A stretch of 64,000 nucleotides of DNA from an uncultured Planctomycetota bacterium (GCA_963737655.1 CAVTTN010000002.1:3072001-3136000), one strand, 5' to 3'; positions 9,301-19,334 are shown, counted from the first letter of the stretch. Notes: a model not told the origin generated them from the sequence alone. A program made the numbers and translations.

Positions 9301-10342
9301 AGCCGTCGGGTCCCCAGGCGAACGAATTGAGCGTCTCGTGGGTGTCGTGCTGGCCCCAGCCGTCGAGGATCACCTGAGGGGGGCCGTCGGGCCTGTCGTC
9401 GCCGTCCTTGTCGGGAATGAACAGGAATTCGGGGGCCGCGCCGACCCAGACCCCGCCGAAACCGACCTCCAGCCCGCTCACCAAATTCAACTTGTCGGCG
9501 AAGACCTTCCGCTCGTCGAAGCGGCCGTCGCCGTCGGTGTCCTCGAAGATCAGGATGCGGTCCCGGGCCTGGTCGGGTGCCACGCGATGCGGGTAGGAAT
9601 ACGCCTCGGCGACCCAGAGACGGCCGCGATCGTCGATGGCGAAGGCGATCGGCTGGACCACGTCGGGCTCTCCGGCGAACAGCTCGACCCGGAAGCCAGC
9701 CGGCACGGTCATGGCCTTCGCGGCGTCGAGGGGCGAGAGGCCGTTGTTCGCGTGGACGTCGGCCGCGACGTATTTCGCCCGTTCCGGAACGTTCGGCCGT
9801 GCGTCGTGGAGCCGGAAGTTGTCGAAATTGACGTGGCCCCAGCCCGAGGAGTCCTGATCGACCAGGCGGACGAAGATCGTCTGGCCCCGATTCTTGGACA
9901 GGTCGGCGGCCACCGGCTTGAGGTTCTCCGTCTCGTCGCCCCGGGCCTCGAAGATCACCTGGCCGTCGTCGCTTCGGACGAGTTCGACCCGGGTCCCCTT
10001 GTGGCTCCCCCCGCCCACCAGGAACGAGGCCCAGGGCTTCGTCACGACGAACGGGGCCGAGGTCAGGGTGCCATGCGGGTCGTCTCCGTCCGCCTCATAC
10101 GAGCCGACCCAGAACTTGCCCTGATGCTCGCTCTTCATGTCGCCCCGACGGCGGGCGACGGCGTCCCCCTCGACGAGCGACCGGGCGAACGCCTCCCCTT
10201 CGGCCTTCCAGTCGCGGAGCGAGCCGGCCTCGAAATCCAGGTTCAGAGGCTTCCCGCTCTTCGGGTCGGTGGGCAACGCGCCTTCCTGGGCGAGGAGGGG
10301 CGTCGGCAGGGCGAGGCAGATCAGGACGAAAAATGTTCGCAT
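6311..10342 (-). CDS. PVC-type haem-binding (CxxCH) membrane-bound dehydrogenase-domain protein with HEAT repeats and C-terminal DUF1080-like domain
   Basis: Signal peptide MRTFFVLICLAL at 10342; beta-propeller-type repeats (WGPDGWLY); HEAT-like helices; CSQCH...GPELTG haem site; FFNGKDLSGW...LHSGG C-terminal domain. Confidence 0.85.
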   Translation of the reverse strand: MRTFFVLICLALPTPLLAQEGALPTDPKSGKPLNLDFEAGSLRDWKAEGEAFARSLVEGDAVARRRGDMKSEHQGKFWVGSYEADGDDPHGTLTSAPFVVTKPWASFLVGGGSHKGTRVELVRSDDGQVIFEARGDETENLKPVAADLSKNRGQTIFVRLVDQDSSGWGHVNFDNFRLHDARPNVPERAKYVAADVHANNGLSPLDAAKAMTVPAGFRVELFAGEPDVVQPIAFAIDDRGRLWVAEAYSYPHRVAPDQARDRILIFEDTDGDGRFDERKVFADKLNLVSGLEVGFGGVWVGAAPEFLFIPDKDGDDRPDGPPQVILDGWGQHDTHETLNSFAWGPDGWLYGCHGVFTHSLVGKPGTPEANRVGINAGIWRYHPTKDKFEVFAHGTSNPWGIDWDENGDAFITSCVIPHLYEMIPGGRYERQAGPHFNPFTYDDIKTIADHRHYVGGNPHAGNGRSDSMGGGHAHSGAMIYLGGAWPKEYRGSLFMNNIHGARLNRDILAPKGSGFVGSHAPDFLFANDSWSQIVSLKYGPDGNAYMIDWYDKNQCHRVEDGAHDRTNGRIFKVVYGDAKVRPVDLRKMSTAELVTLQKSDNEWKARHARRILQERGNDPEARALLKTLSSEAAEDAQVQIRALLTARAVGGMREDSEIATALANPEPHYRSWAVRLAVEDGEPSAAILARFVEMAKADASPVVRLSLASALQRLPLGKRWDVLAGLLGHAEDANDPNLPLMTWYAAEPLAAADASRAMALALSSKLPNTLPFMTRRVASLGTDEAIALLVDVLGKATSGDQKAALLGGIDEALKGRRQAAMPKGWPAVSRALAKESDEGLRSRAVLLGVTFGDPSALAQVRKSLEDGRAETSRRLAALTTLLKVHDPELSATLRDLVAKAETDPALRGPAIRGLAAYDDAETPALLLKAYPDLTTADKRDALNTLAARPRSARAMLDAVAVKTIAPSELSADLIRQLRNLKDDSVNSRIAEVWGAVRDTDPDKSRLITKYRGIVRAGYTGAPDVMLGRAMYAKTCSQCHTLFGTGGKVGPELTGSNRADLEYVLSNVLDPNALIGKDYLAHVIATKDGRTLTGIVRAEDKDAITLVTANETVIVPKGEIDERKLSDKSMMPDDLWTPLTDFEVRSLVAYLASPNQVPLLATPETAKAFFNGKDLSGWQGDPKLWSVEDGEIVGRTTGLKRNEFLRSELAAEDFRLSFEVKLVKNEGNSGLQFRSQSLADGEMKGDQADIGAGWWGKLYEENGRGLLWDKSGEAFVKPGDWNTYEVVAIGPKIVTRINGKTCVDLNDPAGARRGIFGFQLHSGGPTEVRFRKIQLDLESKSATK

Positions 10343-10540
10343 GATGGCGCAACCCGGGATGAGGGACGGACGGGGAGGGCGGGCCTCGCGTCCGATCTTG
10401 ACCGATCCGGCCCGGAGAAGGAAGGCCCCTGCGAGCCTCCTCGCGACGAGGGGGAACCGGACGGCTGAACTCGGCCTCTCCATCGGTTACAGTATCGAAG
10501 ATGTCCCGACCGCGACCCGAAGAAAGCGCTCGCGAGGCCC

Positions 10541-13500
10541 ATGACGACCGAACCGCTCGCGGCCCCCACGATCGAGGACCTCCAGGAGGCATTACGGCGG
10601 GTTGATCCCCGGGCGAGGCTCCTGCCGTCACGGCTGCTCCGCCGGATCATCCGCCGGGAGCAGAGGCTCGCGTTCCACGGGCTGCACCTCGCCCATCGAA
10701 GGTCGCTCACCATTCGATCGGCCCGCGCCCTGGCGGCCGCGACGGCCGAGGAGCTGGGCTTCCCGGGGGGGCAGGAGGTTCCCGACGTCCTCTTCCTGAT
10801 CGAGGAGCCGGACGCCGACGATCTCGCCGGACTTCGCCGTCCGGAGGCCCTCCGCTGGGCCTGGCGGATGTTGTTTCATGCCCGGATCCACGGCGAATTC
10901 CTCGACCGAGGGCCCGTGCCCGGGGTCGCCTCCCAACGAATCGCGGCGATCGGGACCGTCCCGTTCGAGGAGGCCGCCGCCGTCCTGGAGGGGGAGGGCT
11001 GGCTCCTCGCCCCGAAGGAGGAAGCCGTCGTTTACGAGGAGTTCGTCGCCGTCTACCTCGCCACGAAGTCCTTCGCCGAGATCCTCCTGCCGACGGTCTT
11101 CCCGGCCATCGACGACTTGGAGGCCGTGGATCGCACGATCGCCCAGGACATCGACGGCAACGCCCTCTTCCTGGCGACCCGGCCCGAGGGGGCCGCCGAT
11201 CCCGGCCCCGCGCCCGAGTTGGCCGAGCTGCCATCGCTCGAGGATTCCTCGGCGAGCGTCGAGGAATCCATCGGCCGTTCCGAGCGGAGGTATCGCCGGC
11301 TCCTGGCGAGGGCCGACCGGGCGAGGTCTCGCGGCAATCTCGTCCGCTCGGCCATCCTGAGGACGAGGGCGGCCCGGCTCGTCTCGCCGTCGCGAGCCGG
11401 CCAGGCGAGGGGGGCCGCCGAAGACGACCTCGACCGCCTGGCCGGTCGGCTCAAGGCCGCCCTCGGGCCGGACGTCGGCGAGATCCGCGCGTGGAGGCCC
11501 GCCCTGTCGGACCTGCGGTCGTGGGCCGACCTGGGCATCTGGCCGGTCGAGGCCAAGCTCCTGTTCGACCTGCAAAAGGTCTGCATCGACCACGAGCGAG
11601 AGGTCTCGGCCGTGGACCTCCTCGGCTGGCTCGTGTCATTGGGCAAGAGGGCGATTCGTCGGCCCTTGCCGAATCAGAAGCTGATCCGCACCGCCCGGCA
11701 CCTCCGCGCGGCGACGGCCCGCCTGATGAAGGCCCGGCTCGGTCGAGACGATCGGACCGCGCTCGGCGCGATGCTGGACGCGGCCTCACAGGCGACCGAA
11801 ACGGGCCTCCGCCGGCGCATCGGGCCCCTGATCGCCCGCGCCCTGGATCGCGCCGGACTCCGGCCCGCGAACCTCCCCGAACGGGTCTCGCTGCAGAAGA
11901 TGACCGGCGAGATCGAGGACCTGATCGTGTCTCGGGGGTTCCTGACGATGGGGGACGTCCGCGACGCGATCTCCCGGAGCGCCCTCCGCGACCCGGACCT
12001 CTCGAGCCTCGGCCATTTGTTCCAGGGGGACCGCGTCCTCCGGGCCAACCGGCGGCTGAGGGTCTCTCTCGACGGGATCTATCGACCGGGCGAGGTTTAC
12101 TTGCGGGCCCTCCAGAGGATGAGCCTCGTGGCGTTCGGGACCCGGGTCGGCCGATGGATCACGCGATTCGTGGCCCTGCCCTTCGGCGTCGCGTTCGGCA
12201 CGCTCGTCACGATCCATGAGCTGCTTTCGCTCGTCCGGTTGCACGTCCATCTCGTGGACGTCCCCAACGTCCTGATCCTGGGGACGTTCCTGCTCGGGGT
12301 GTTCTACGTCCGAGGCTTCCGGTCGGCGGTGCTCGCCGGCCTCCGGAGCTTCGGTCGCGTCCTTCGCTGGCTCCTGATCGACGGGCCCGCCTGGTTGCTC
12401 GACCGCCCGGCCATGAGGCGAGTCCTCCACAGCGACACCTTCGACCTCTTCCGCCGCATGGCTTTGGAGCCGGTCGCCTTCGCCGCAGGGACGGCGATCA
12501 TCGTTCGCTGCTTCGAGACCGACCTGCGGATCGTCTTCGGCCTGGCCCTGGTGGCCTATTTCGTGGTCGCCGCAATCCTCAACACCCGGGCCGGGCTGGA
12601 GGCCGAGGAACGGACCGCCGATGCGGTCGTCCGGGGCTGGAGGCGGTTTCGCTCCGACTTCCTCCCGGGCGTCCTCCGGTTCATCAACGACGTCTTCGGC
12701 GTCTTCCTCGACGGCGTCGATCGCGTCCTGTACACCGTCGATGAATGGCTGAGGTTCCGCTCCGGCCAGGGGCGCCTGACCTTCTGGGCGAAGGCCGTCC
12801 TGGGCGTCTTCTGGTTCCTGGTGACGTATCTTGTTCGGATTTATGTCAATCTGCTCATCGAGCCGCAGATCAACCCCGTGAAGCACTTCCCGACGGTCAC
12901 CGTCGCTGCGAAGATGATCATCCCGATCCTGAAGCCCCTGGTGAAGACGATCGCGGCCCCGCTCGCGTTCCTCGGGACTTACCTCTCCTACGGGTTCGCG
13001 GCGTTCACCGTGTTCTTCCTGCCGGGTGCGGCGGGGTTCATCGTCTGGGAGCTGAAGGAAAACTGGAGGCTCTTCGAGGCGAATCGGCCGAAGACGCTGC
13101 GGCCCGTGCCGATCGGCCACCACGGCGAGACGCTCGGCCGTCTCCTCCGGCCCGGATTCCACTCGGGGACGATCCCCCGCGTCTTCGCCCGGCTCCGCAA
13201 GGCGAGCCGCAAGACCTACCAAACCGGCGACGCCCGCCCGTGGCGAGCCGCCCGCGAGGCGCTGCATCACGTCGAAGAGCCCCTGCGTCATTTCGGAGAG
13301 CGGGAATTGATCGCGCTGGTCGAGGACGCGAGAGGGCCGGGCATGCCTCCGGTGGAGATCTCCGAGGTCCATCTCGCCACGAACCGCGTCCGCTTTTCCC
13401 TGAAGTCGGCCGAATCCGAGGGATCGGACCTCGTCGTGGCATTCTCCCTCGAAGGCGGCCGATTGATCTTCGACCGCGAGGCCGATGGCTGGCTCTCCGG

Positions 13501-13717
13501 CCTCCCCGAGGACGACCGAGCCACCTGGATCGCCGCGCTCGACGGTTTCTCGGCCCTCGCCGGCGCCGAGTTCTCGCGATCCCGGGACGGCGCCAGCCCG
13601 GTCCTCGTCCCGGTCCGGCCCATCTCCTGGTCCGAATGGGTCGCGAGGTGGTCACCGGCCGAGGCGCGACCGGCCCCCCCTCCCCTCCTGATCGATTCGA
13701 GGATTTCCGATGTTTAG
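10541..13717 (+). CDS. large hypothetical membrane protein (1058 aa)
   Basis: Long ORF with host-like codon usage; soluble N-terminal half followed by several hydrophobic segments; overlaps the next gene by 8 bp. Confidence 0.75.
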   Translation: MTTEPLAAPTIEDLQEALRRVDPRARLLPSRLLRRIIRREQRLAFHGLHLAHRRSLTIRSARALAAATAEELGFPGGQEVPDVLFLIEEPDADDLAGLRRPEALRWAWRMLFHARIHGEFLDRGPVPGVASQRIAAIGTVPFEEAAAVLEGEGWLLAPKEEAVVYEEFVAVYLATKSFAEILLPTVFPAIDDLEAVDRTIAQDIDGNALFLATRPEGAADPGPAPELAELPSLEDSSASVEESIGRSERRYRRLLARADRARSRGNLVRSAILRTRAARLVSPSRAGQARGAAEDDLDRLAGRLKAALGPDVGEIRAWRPALSDLRSWADLGIWPVEAKLLFDLQKVCIDHEREVSAVDLLGWLVSLGKRAIRRPLPNQKLIRTARHLRAATARLMKARLGRDDRTALGAMLDAASQATETGLRRRIGPLIARALDRAGLRPANLPERVSLQKMTGEIEDLIVSRGFLTMGDVRDAISRSALRDPDLSSLGHLFQGDRVLRANRRLRVSLDGIYRPGEVYLRALQRMSLVAFGTRVGRWITRFVALPFGVAFGTLVTIHELLSLVRLHVHLVDVPNVLILGTFLLGVFYVRGFRSAVLAGLRSFGRVLRWLLIDGPAWLLDRPAMRRVLHSDTFDLFRRMALEPVAFAAGTAIIVRCFETDLRIVFGLALVAYFVVAAILNTRAGLEAEERTADAVVRGWRRFRSDFLPGVLRFINDVFGVFLDGVDRVLYTVDEWLRFRSGQGRLTFWAKAVLGVFWFLVTYLVRIYVNLLIEPQINPVKHFPTVTVAAKMIIPILKPLVKTIAAPLAFLGTYLSYGFAAFTVFFLPGAAGFIVWELKENWRLFEANRPKTLRPVPIGHHGETLGRLLRPGFHSGTIPRVFARLRKASRKTYQTGDARPWRAAREALHHVEEPLRHFGERELIALVEDARGPGMPPVEISEVHLATNRVRFSLKSAESEGSDLVVAFSLEGGRLIFDREADGWLSGLPEDDRATWIAALDGFSALAGAEFSRSRDGASPVLVPVRPISWSEWVARWSPAEARPAPPPLLIDSRISDV

Positions 13718-14896
13718 TCTCCCCGAATACCAGGCCGCCCTCCGCGAGTTCGGCATCGACGGCTGGCTACTCGGCGATTTCCGGGGCAGCAACGTCCCGG
13801 CGCGCCGGGTCCTCGACCTCGACGGCAAGAAGACGACCTCCCGACGCTGGTTCTACTTCCTCCCCGCCGAGGGGGAGCCGACCCGCCTGGTCCACGCGAT
13901 CGAAACGGGCGCCCTCGATCACCTGCCCGGCACGAAGCATGTTTACCTGCGCTGGCAGGAGCTGGAATCCGAGCTCGCCGGCCTCGTCTCGGGCCACCGG
14001 CGGATCGCGATGGAATACTCGCCCCGCAACGGCAACCCCTACGTGAGCAAGAGCGACGCCGGGACGGTCGAGCTCGTGAGGTCGAGCGGCGTCGAGGTCG
14101 TCTCTTCCGGAGACCTGATCCAGCGGTTCGAGGCGACCTGGGACGACGAGCAATGGTCCATGCACCTCGAAGCCGACAGGCACACGCGGTCGGCCTACGA
14201 CCTGGCCTGGAACTTCATCGCCGACCGCGTGCGATCGGGCGGCCAGACCTCCGAGTTCGAGGTCCAGCAGCTGGTCATGGATCACTTCGAACGAAACGAG
14301 ATGACGACCTACAGCCCGCCGATCGTCGGCGTCGGGCCGCATTCCGCCGACCCTCATTTCGAGACGTCGAAGGAGCATGACACCCCGATCCGGGCAGGCG
14401 ATTACCTCCTCCTGGACCTCTGGGCGAAGATGAAGAAGGAACGATCCGTTTACAGCGACCTGACCCGCGTGGCGTTCGTGGGCCCGACCGTTCCCGCCCG
14501 CTATCAGGAGGTCTTCTCGATCGTCGCCCGGGCCCGAGACGCCGCCATCGCCCTCGTTCGCGACGCCTTCGCCGCAGGCCGGGAACTCCGGGGCGGGGAA
14601 GTCGACGACGCCGCCCGGAGCGTGATCGAGGCCTCCGGTTTCGGCCGATTCTTCTGCCACAGGACCGGGCACAACATCGGCCAGGAGACCCACGGCAACG
14701 GCGCGAACATGGACAACCTCGAAACGCGCGAGGATCGCCTCGTGATGAGGCGAACCTGCTTCTCGATCGAGCCGGGCATCTACCTCGAAGGGGAGTTCGG
14801 GGCCAGGAGTGAAGTCAACGTATTCATCGACGCCGCCGGCCAGGTTCACGTGACCGGGGGCCCCCCCAGGACGAGGTGGTCCCCCTCCTCGCGTGA
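13710..14896 (+). CDS. Xaa-Pro aminopeptidase (M24 family), frameshift at ~14861-14867 near the C-terminus
   Basis: Metal-ligand motifs LLDLWA, YSDLTR, HRTGHNIG, FSIEPGIY and RSEVN. Adding one C to the C run gives GGPPQDEVVPLLA*, with the stop at 14894-14896. Confidence 0.85.
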
Positions 14897-14942
14897 GCCG
14901 GGAAGTCCCGTCGATCGGCCCGATCGCCGGCCTTCGGAGATT

Positions 14943-14965
14943 ATCTCAACAAGATTGATCGGGAT
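14943..14965. promoter_or_regulatory. imperfect palindromic operator (Rrf2/CymR-like?)
   Basis: ATCTCAA-N9-TCGGGAT in an AT-rich patch directly upstream of the -35 box. Confidence 0.4.
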
Positions 14966-14979
14966 TGTCGATAATGCTC

Positions 14980-15008
14980 TTGACCGGCCGGCGGAGGCGG
15001 GGAATAAT
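14980..15008 (+). promoter_or_regulatory. putative sigma70 promoter
   Basis: TTGACC (14980-14985), 17-bp spacer, AATAAT (15003-15008). Confidence 0.6.
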
Positions 15009-15064
15009 GCCCGCACCGCTCCGGGACCGGGGTGGTTCGGAGTTCGAGATCGAGCGAGGTCGTC

Positions 15065-15250
15065 ATGGCGAACGGTGCGATTTCGAGGAGGGGCGAGGCC
15101 GGGGCTCCCGGGGAGGCCCGCGCCCGTGAGCTCGACCTGGAGCCGATCCGGGCGGCCGTCGAGGGGCTGCGATTCGGCGAGGTGCGCGTGATCGTCCAGG
15201 ACGGGGTCATCGTCCAGATCGAGCGAGTCGAGAAGCAGAGGCTCCGCTGA
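15065..15250 (+). CDS. YezD/DUF2292 (OscA-like) small protein
   Basis: IRAAVEGLRFGEVRVIVQDGVIVQIERVEKQRLR is the family signature; GAGG RBS upstream. Confidence 0.85.
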   Translation: MANGAISRRGEAGAPGEARARELDLEPIRAAVEGLRFGEVRVIVQDGVIVQIERVEKQRLR

Positions 15251-15398
15251 AGCCCCTCCGTCCTTTCCCGGCCACGCGGTGCCGGAACGGCCCCACCCGC
15301 CGACTCGTCCTCGAGAGGCGTTTCTGACAATCACGGAACATTCGCAGGGCTGACCGGTCGTCCGGAGGCGCTCGCGGGCTCTCACGAAGGAGTCGCGC

Positions 15399-16535
15399 AT
15401 GGAGTCGCCCCGGAACGTCGTCGGAAGGCCCGGCCGTCGCGCCTTCACCTTGATCGAGCTGCTGGTCGTCATCGCGATCATCGGCGTCCTGATCGCCCTC
15501 CTGCTCCCGGCCGTCCAGGCGGCGAGGGAGGCGGCCCGGCGGATGCAGTGCACGAACAACCTGAAGCAGATCGGCCTGGCGATCCACAACTACGAGGGCG
15601 CCAATGGGTCGCTGCCGCCGGGGGCCCTGGCCTACTTCCCCAACGGGAACATCAACTCCACCACGATCTACAACAACCACGGCCCGAGCGCCGTGGCGAG
15701 GATGCTCAACTTCCTCGAACAGGCGCCCCTGTTCAATGCCCTGAACTTCGACGTGAGCATCTTCAATGACCCGGTCGGCGACCAGATCAACAGCACGGTC
15801 ACGACCTCGGTCATCTCCACGTTCCTCTGCCCGTCCTCCTCGCCGCCTGGGTGGGCCATCGAGGGCACGGACGCCGTTCTGAATGGCCGGAAGGCGGTGG
15901 GCAACAACTACTTCGCCTCGCTCGGAGCGACCCTGGAGTTCGCCGCCCAGCAGACCGGCGGGCCGCCCAACGGGCCGTTCTACTACGTGGGGACGCGAGG
16001 CCAGGTCGCCCGCCTGGCCGACATCACCGACGGCCTGAGCAACTCGATCGCCTTCGGCGAGTGGAAGGCGGGCACCGGCTCCCCGAACGTCCAGGCCGTG
16101 CAGGACGTGGTGTTCGTGGGCTCGTACCCGGCGGGGACGGCGCGGAACAACGGCACGCTGAACATGCCCCACCCGCTCCTGGTCCAGAACTTCCCGGCCT
16201 GGCTGAACCAGTGCGGCCAGACCTGGCAGGGCGGCGGAGGGCGCCAGGGGAAGACCCCCACACTCGGCGAGTCCTGGGCCCTGGGCCTGACCGGCTACAC
16301 CCTCGGGAACGTCCTGACCCCGCCGAACCCCAAGACGCCCAATTGCAACACCGACGGTACCGGCACGATCATGAGCCCCGGCGTCTTCGGCCTGAGCAGC
16401 CACCACCCGGGCGGGGCGAACGTCCTCCTGCTCGACGGCTCGGTGAAATTCCTCAAGGACTCGATCACCGCCCCGACGGTCTGGTCGCTCGGATCGATCC
16501 GTCAGGGCGAGATCGTCCCGGGCGACGCCTTCTAG
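15399..16535 (+). CDS. DUF1559 prepilin-like (PulG-like) planctomycete protein
   Basis: AFTLIELLVVIAIIGVLIALLLPAVQAAREAARR, CTNNLKQIGLA, ITDGLSNS and HPGGANVLLLDGSV. Confidence 0.93.
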   Translation: MESPRNVVGRPGRRAFTLIELLVVIAIIGVLIALLLPAVQAAREAARRMQCTNNLKQIGLAIHNYEGANGSLPPGALAYFPNGNINSTTIYNNHGPSAVARMLNFLEQAPLFNALNFDVSIFNDPVGDQINSTVTTSVISTFLCPSSSPPGWAIEGTDAVLNGRKAVGNNYFASLGATLEFAAQQTGGPPNGPFYYVGTRGQVARLADITDGLSNSIAFGEWKAGTGSPNVQAVQDVVFVGSYPAGTARNNGTLNMPHPLLVQNFPAWLNQCGQTWQGGGGRQGKTPTLGESWALGLTGYTLGNVLTPPNPKTPNCNTDGTGTIMSPGVFGLSSHHPGGANVLLLDGSVKFLKDSITAPTVWSLGSIRQGEIVPGDAF

Positions 16536-16662
16536 AGCGGTCTCCCGGGGGCGTCCCCGTCCGCCTCTCGGACGAAGCCTCTCGAGAGCCGATGCAATTG
16601 CGAATCATCCCGAGGCCCGTCCCGGCCCGGATTCCCGACCCATTTCGAGGACCTGGAAACCC

Positions 16663-19284
16663 ATGATCTCTCCCTGGCTCCTGGTCGGCCTGGCGTTCGC
16701 CCCGGCCGACCCACCCGCGCCGCCCCCGGCCGAAGACCCCGCGAAGGTCGAGTTCTTCGAGAAGACGATCCGGCCCCTCCTGGTCGCCAACTGCGCGACC
16801 TGCCACTCGGCCGAGACCAACGCCAAGGGCGGCCTCCGAGTGGACGACCGCAACGGCCTGATCGCCGGAGGCAATACCGGCCCGGCCGTCGTCCCGGGCC
16901 AGCCCGACGAGAGCCTCCTCCTCCAGGCGGTGAAACAGGAGGAAGGCGCCCCGAAGATGCCCCCGAAGAAGAGGCTGGGCGCGGACGAGATCGCCGCCCT
17001 GACGAAGTGGATCGAGGACGGCGCGACCTGGCCCTCGGCCGGGAAGGTCGAGCCCACCCCTCCCTCCAAGACTTCCGAGAAATACGCGAGGCTCCGCAAG
17101 GAGCACTGGGCCTGGCAGCCGCGGAAGGACTCGCCCTTGCCCGAGGTCCGCAACGTCGGCTGGCCCCGGGCCGACCTCGACCGCTTCCTCCTCGCGAAGC
17201 TGGAGGCGAAGGGCCTCGCTCCCGCGAAGGACGCCGATCGCCTCGCCTTGATCCGCCGAGTGACCTTCGACCTCACCGGCCTCCCGCCCTCGATCGCGGA
17301 GATCGACGCCTTCCTCAACGACGGATCGCCGACGGCCTTCGAGGCCGTGGTCGACCGCCTCCTCGCCTCGCCCGACTTCGGGGAGCGCTGGGGCCGCCAC
17401 TGGCTCGACGTCGCCCGGTTCGGCGAGTCGACCGGGTCGAGCCGGAACCTCCCCTACCCCCACGCCTGGCGATACCGCGATTACGTGATCGACGCCTTCC
17501 GCCAGGACAAGCCGTTCGATCGCTTCCTCCGCGAGCAGATCGCCGGGGACCTCTTGCCGGCGTCGAATCCGGCCGAGGCGGACGCGAACCGGGTCGCCAC
17601 CGGGTTCCTGGCGATCGGCCAGAAGGACGTGAACCAGCGGTTCAAGGTCCGCTTCGTGATGGACAACGTGGACGAGCAGATCGACGCCGTGAGCCGGGCG
17701 ACCCTGGCCCTCACGGCGAGCTGCGCCCGGTGCCACGACCACAAGTTCGACCCGATCCCCCAGGCGGATTACTACGCCCTGGCCGGGATCTTCACCAGCA
17801 CCGACCTCTGCTCGGGCCTCCGCAACAAGATGGGCGGAGGCGGGCTGGACTACTACGACCCGGCCCTTCTGATCGCCCTCGGCGAGACGAAGACCTCGGC
17901 CGACGCCGCCGAGAAGATCGCCGGGGCCGAGAAGGCGCTGGCCGAGGCGAAAGCGGCCTTCGAGAAGCTCCGCGACAATCCCGAAGGGGACGAGAAGGCC
18001 CCCGACGGCCGCCCCAAGAGGGCCGTGGCCCGCCAGAAGATGAACCGGGCCCAGAACGAGCTCCTCCTGCTCCGGGACCCCGCCTCCCGGGGCGAGCCCA
18101 CCGCGATGGGCGTCCGCGACGCGAAGGCCCCCACCGACACGCCGATCCGGCTCCGGGGCGAGGCCGAGAAGCACGGGCCGATCGTCCCCCGAGGGTTCCT
18201 CTCGGTCCTCGACGTGCCCGGGGCCCGGGGCGTCGATCGCTCCGCGAGCGGCCGGAGGGAGCTCGCCGATTGGATCGCGTCGGAGGACAATCCGCTGACC
18301 CCTCGGGTCTACGTCAACCGCGTGTGGGCCCACCTGTTCGGCAAGGGGATCGTCCGCTCGGTGGACAACTTCGGGACCACAGGCGACGTCCCCTCGCATC
18401 CCGAGCTCCTCGACCACCTGGTCTCGCGATTCGTCCGCGACGGCTGGTCCACGAAGCGGCTGATCCGCACGATCGTGCTCTCCCGGGCCTATGGACTGGG
18501 CGCCGAGGCGAGCGAGGCCGGGCTCGCGATCGACCCGGAGGACCGGCTGGTCTGGAGGCACGCGCCGAGGAGGCTGGAGGCCGAGGAGATCCGCGACGCC
18601 ATGCTCGCCGCCTCGGGCCTCCTCGATCGCTCGCGGCCCCACGGCTCGCCCACGAAGGGCCTGAAAGTCATCGAGCTGCGGAACAATGGCCCCGAGGCCG
18701 CGAGGTTCGCCGAGGACGCCCGCGACAGCCGGCATCGCAGCGTCTACCTCCCGCTGCTCCGGGGGATGGTCCCGACGTCCCTGGAAGTCTTCGACTTCGC
18801 CGAGCAGGGCATGGTTACCGGCCGTCGCGACGCCACCACGGTCGCCCCCCAGGCCCTGTACCTCCTGAACGACCCATTCGTGAGGAAGGCGGCGCTCTCC
18901 CTGGCCGAATCGCTCCTGGCCGGGGTGGAGACGACCGACTCCGAGAGGATCCAGAGGGCGTATCGCCTGGCCCTGGGCCGTCCGCCTTCGGCCGAGGAGC
19001 TCCGCCGCGCCTCGGCCTTCCTCGCCGAATACGAATCGGCCGCCCGCGAGACCCCGGCCGAATCCGAGGAGAAGCCCCCCGAGCCCGTCGCCGTGGCCCC
19101 CGCCGATGACGCCCCGAAGCCCGGCGAGAAGAAACCGATGCCCCCGGTGAACCCGGATGAGGTCGTGGCCCCGGAGATCGTCCCGAACGAAGAGACGATC
19201 CGGCCGACCGATGCCCGGACCGCCGCCTGGGCGGGATTCGCTCAGGCCCTCTTCGGCGGCGCCGAGTTCCGCTATTTGAAATGA
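16663..19284 (+). CDS. planctomycete cytochrome c / DUF1549 / DUF1553 (PSD1) protein
   Basis: CATCH, RRVTFDLTGLPP, ERWGRHWLDVARF, CARCHDHK, NPLTPRVYVNRVW and QALYLLN. Confidence 0.92.
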   Translation: MISPWLLVGLAFAPADPPAPPPAEDPAKVEFFEKTIRPLLVANCATCHSAETNAKGGLRVDDRNGLIAGGNTGPAVVPGQPDESLLLQAVKQEEGAPKMPPKKRLGADEIAALTKWIEDGATWPSAGKVEPTPPSKTSEKYARLRKEHWAWQPRKDSPLPEVRNVGWPRADLDRFLLAKLEAKGLAPAKDADRLALIRRVTFDLTGLPPSIAEIDAFLNDGSPTAFEAVVDRLLASPDFGERWGRHWLDVARFGESTGSSRNLPYPHAWRYRDYVIDAFRQDKPFDRFLREQIAGDLLPASNPAEADANRVATGFLAIGQKDVNQRFKVRFVMDNVDEQIDAVSRATLALTASCARCHDHKFDPIPQADYYALAGIFTSTDLCSGLRNKMGGGGLDYYDPALLIALGETKTSADAAEKIAGAEKALAEAKAAFEKLRDNPEGDEKAPDGRPKRAVARQKMNRAQNELLLLRDPASRGEPTAMGVRDAKAPTDTPIRLRGEAEKHGPIVPRGFLSVLDVPGARGVDRSASGRRELADWIASEDNPLTPRVYVNRVWAHLFGKGIVRSVDNFGTTGDVPSHPELLDHLVSRFVRDGWSTKRLIRTIVLSRAYGLGAEASEAGLAIDPEDRLVWRHAPRRLEAEEIRDAMLAASGLLDRSRPHGSPTKGLKVIELRNNGPEAARFAEDARDSRHRSVYLPLLRGMVPTSLEVFDFAEQGMVTGRRDATTVAPQALYLLNDPFVRKAALSLAESLLAGVETTDSERIQRAYRLALGRPPSAEELRRASAFLAEYESAARETPAESEEKPPEPVAVAPADDAPKPGEKKPMPPVNPDEVVAPEIVPNEETIRPTDARTAAWAGFAQALFGGAEFRYLK

Positions 19285-19295
19285 CCGAATCCCGG

Positions 19296-19334
19296 CCGAC
19301 CTGGGTCCCTCGGCCGCCGCGGGACCCAGGTCGG
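19296..19334. repeat. perfect 14-bp inverted repeat (hairpin)
   Basis: CCGACCTGGGTCCC, an 11-nt loop, then GGGACCCAGGTCGG. Confidence 0.8.

Noticed and set aside
4442..10468. 2008-aa plus-strand ORF and other long antisense ORFs (176..1864, 16465..19467, 33996..36854, 52927..55563)
   Set aside because: Shadow frames of well-supported opposite-strand genes; stop codons are scarce in high-GC DNA and no motifs are present.
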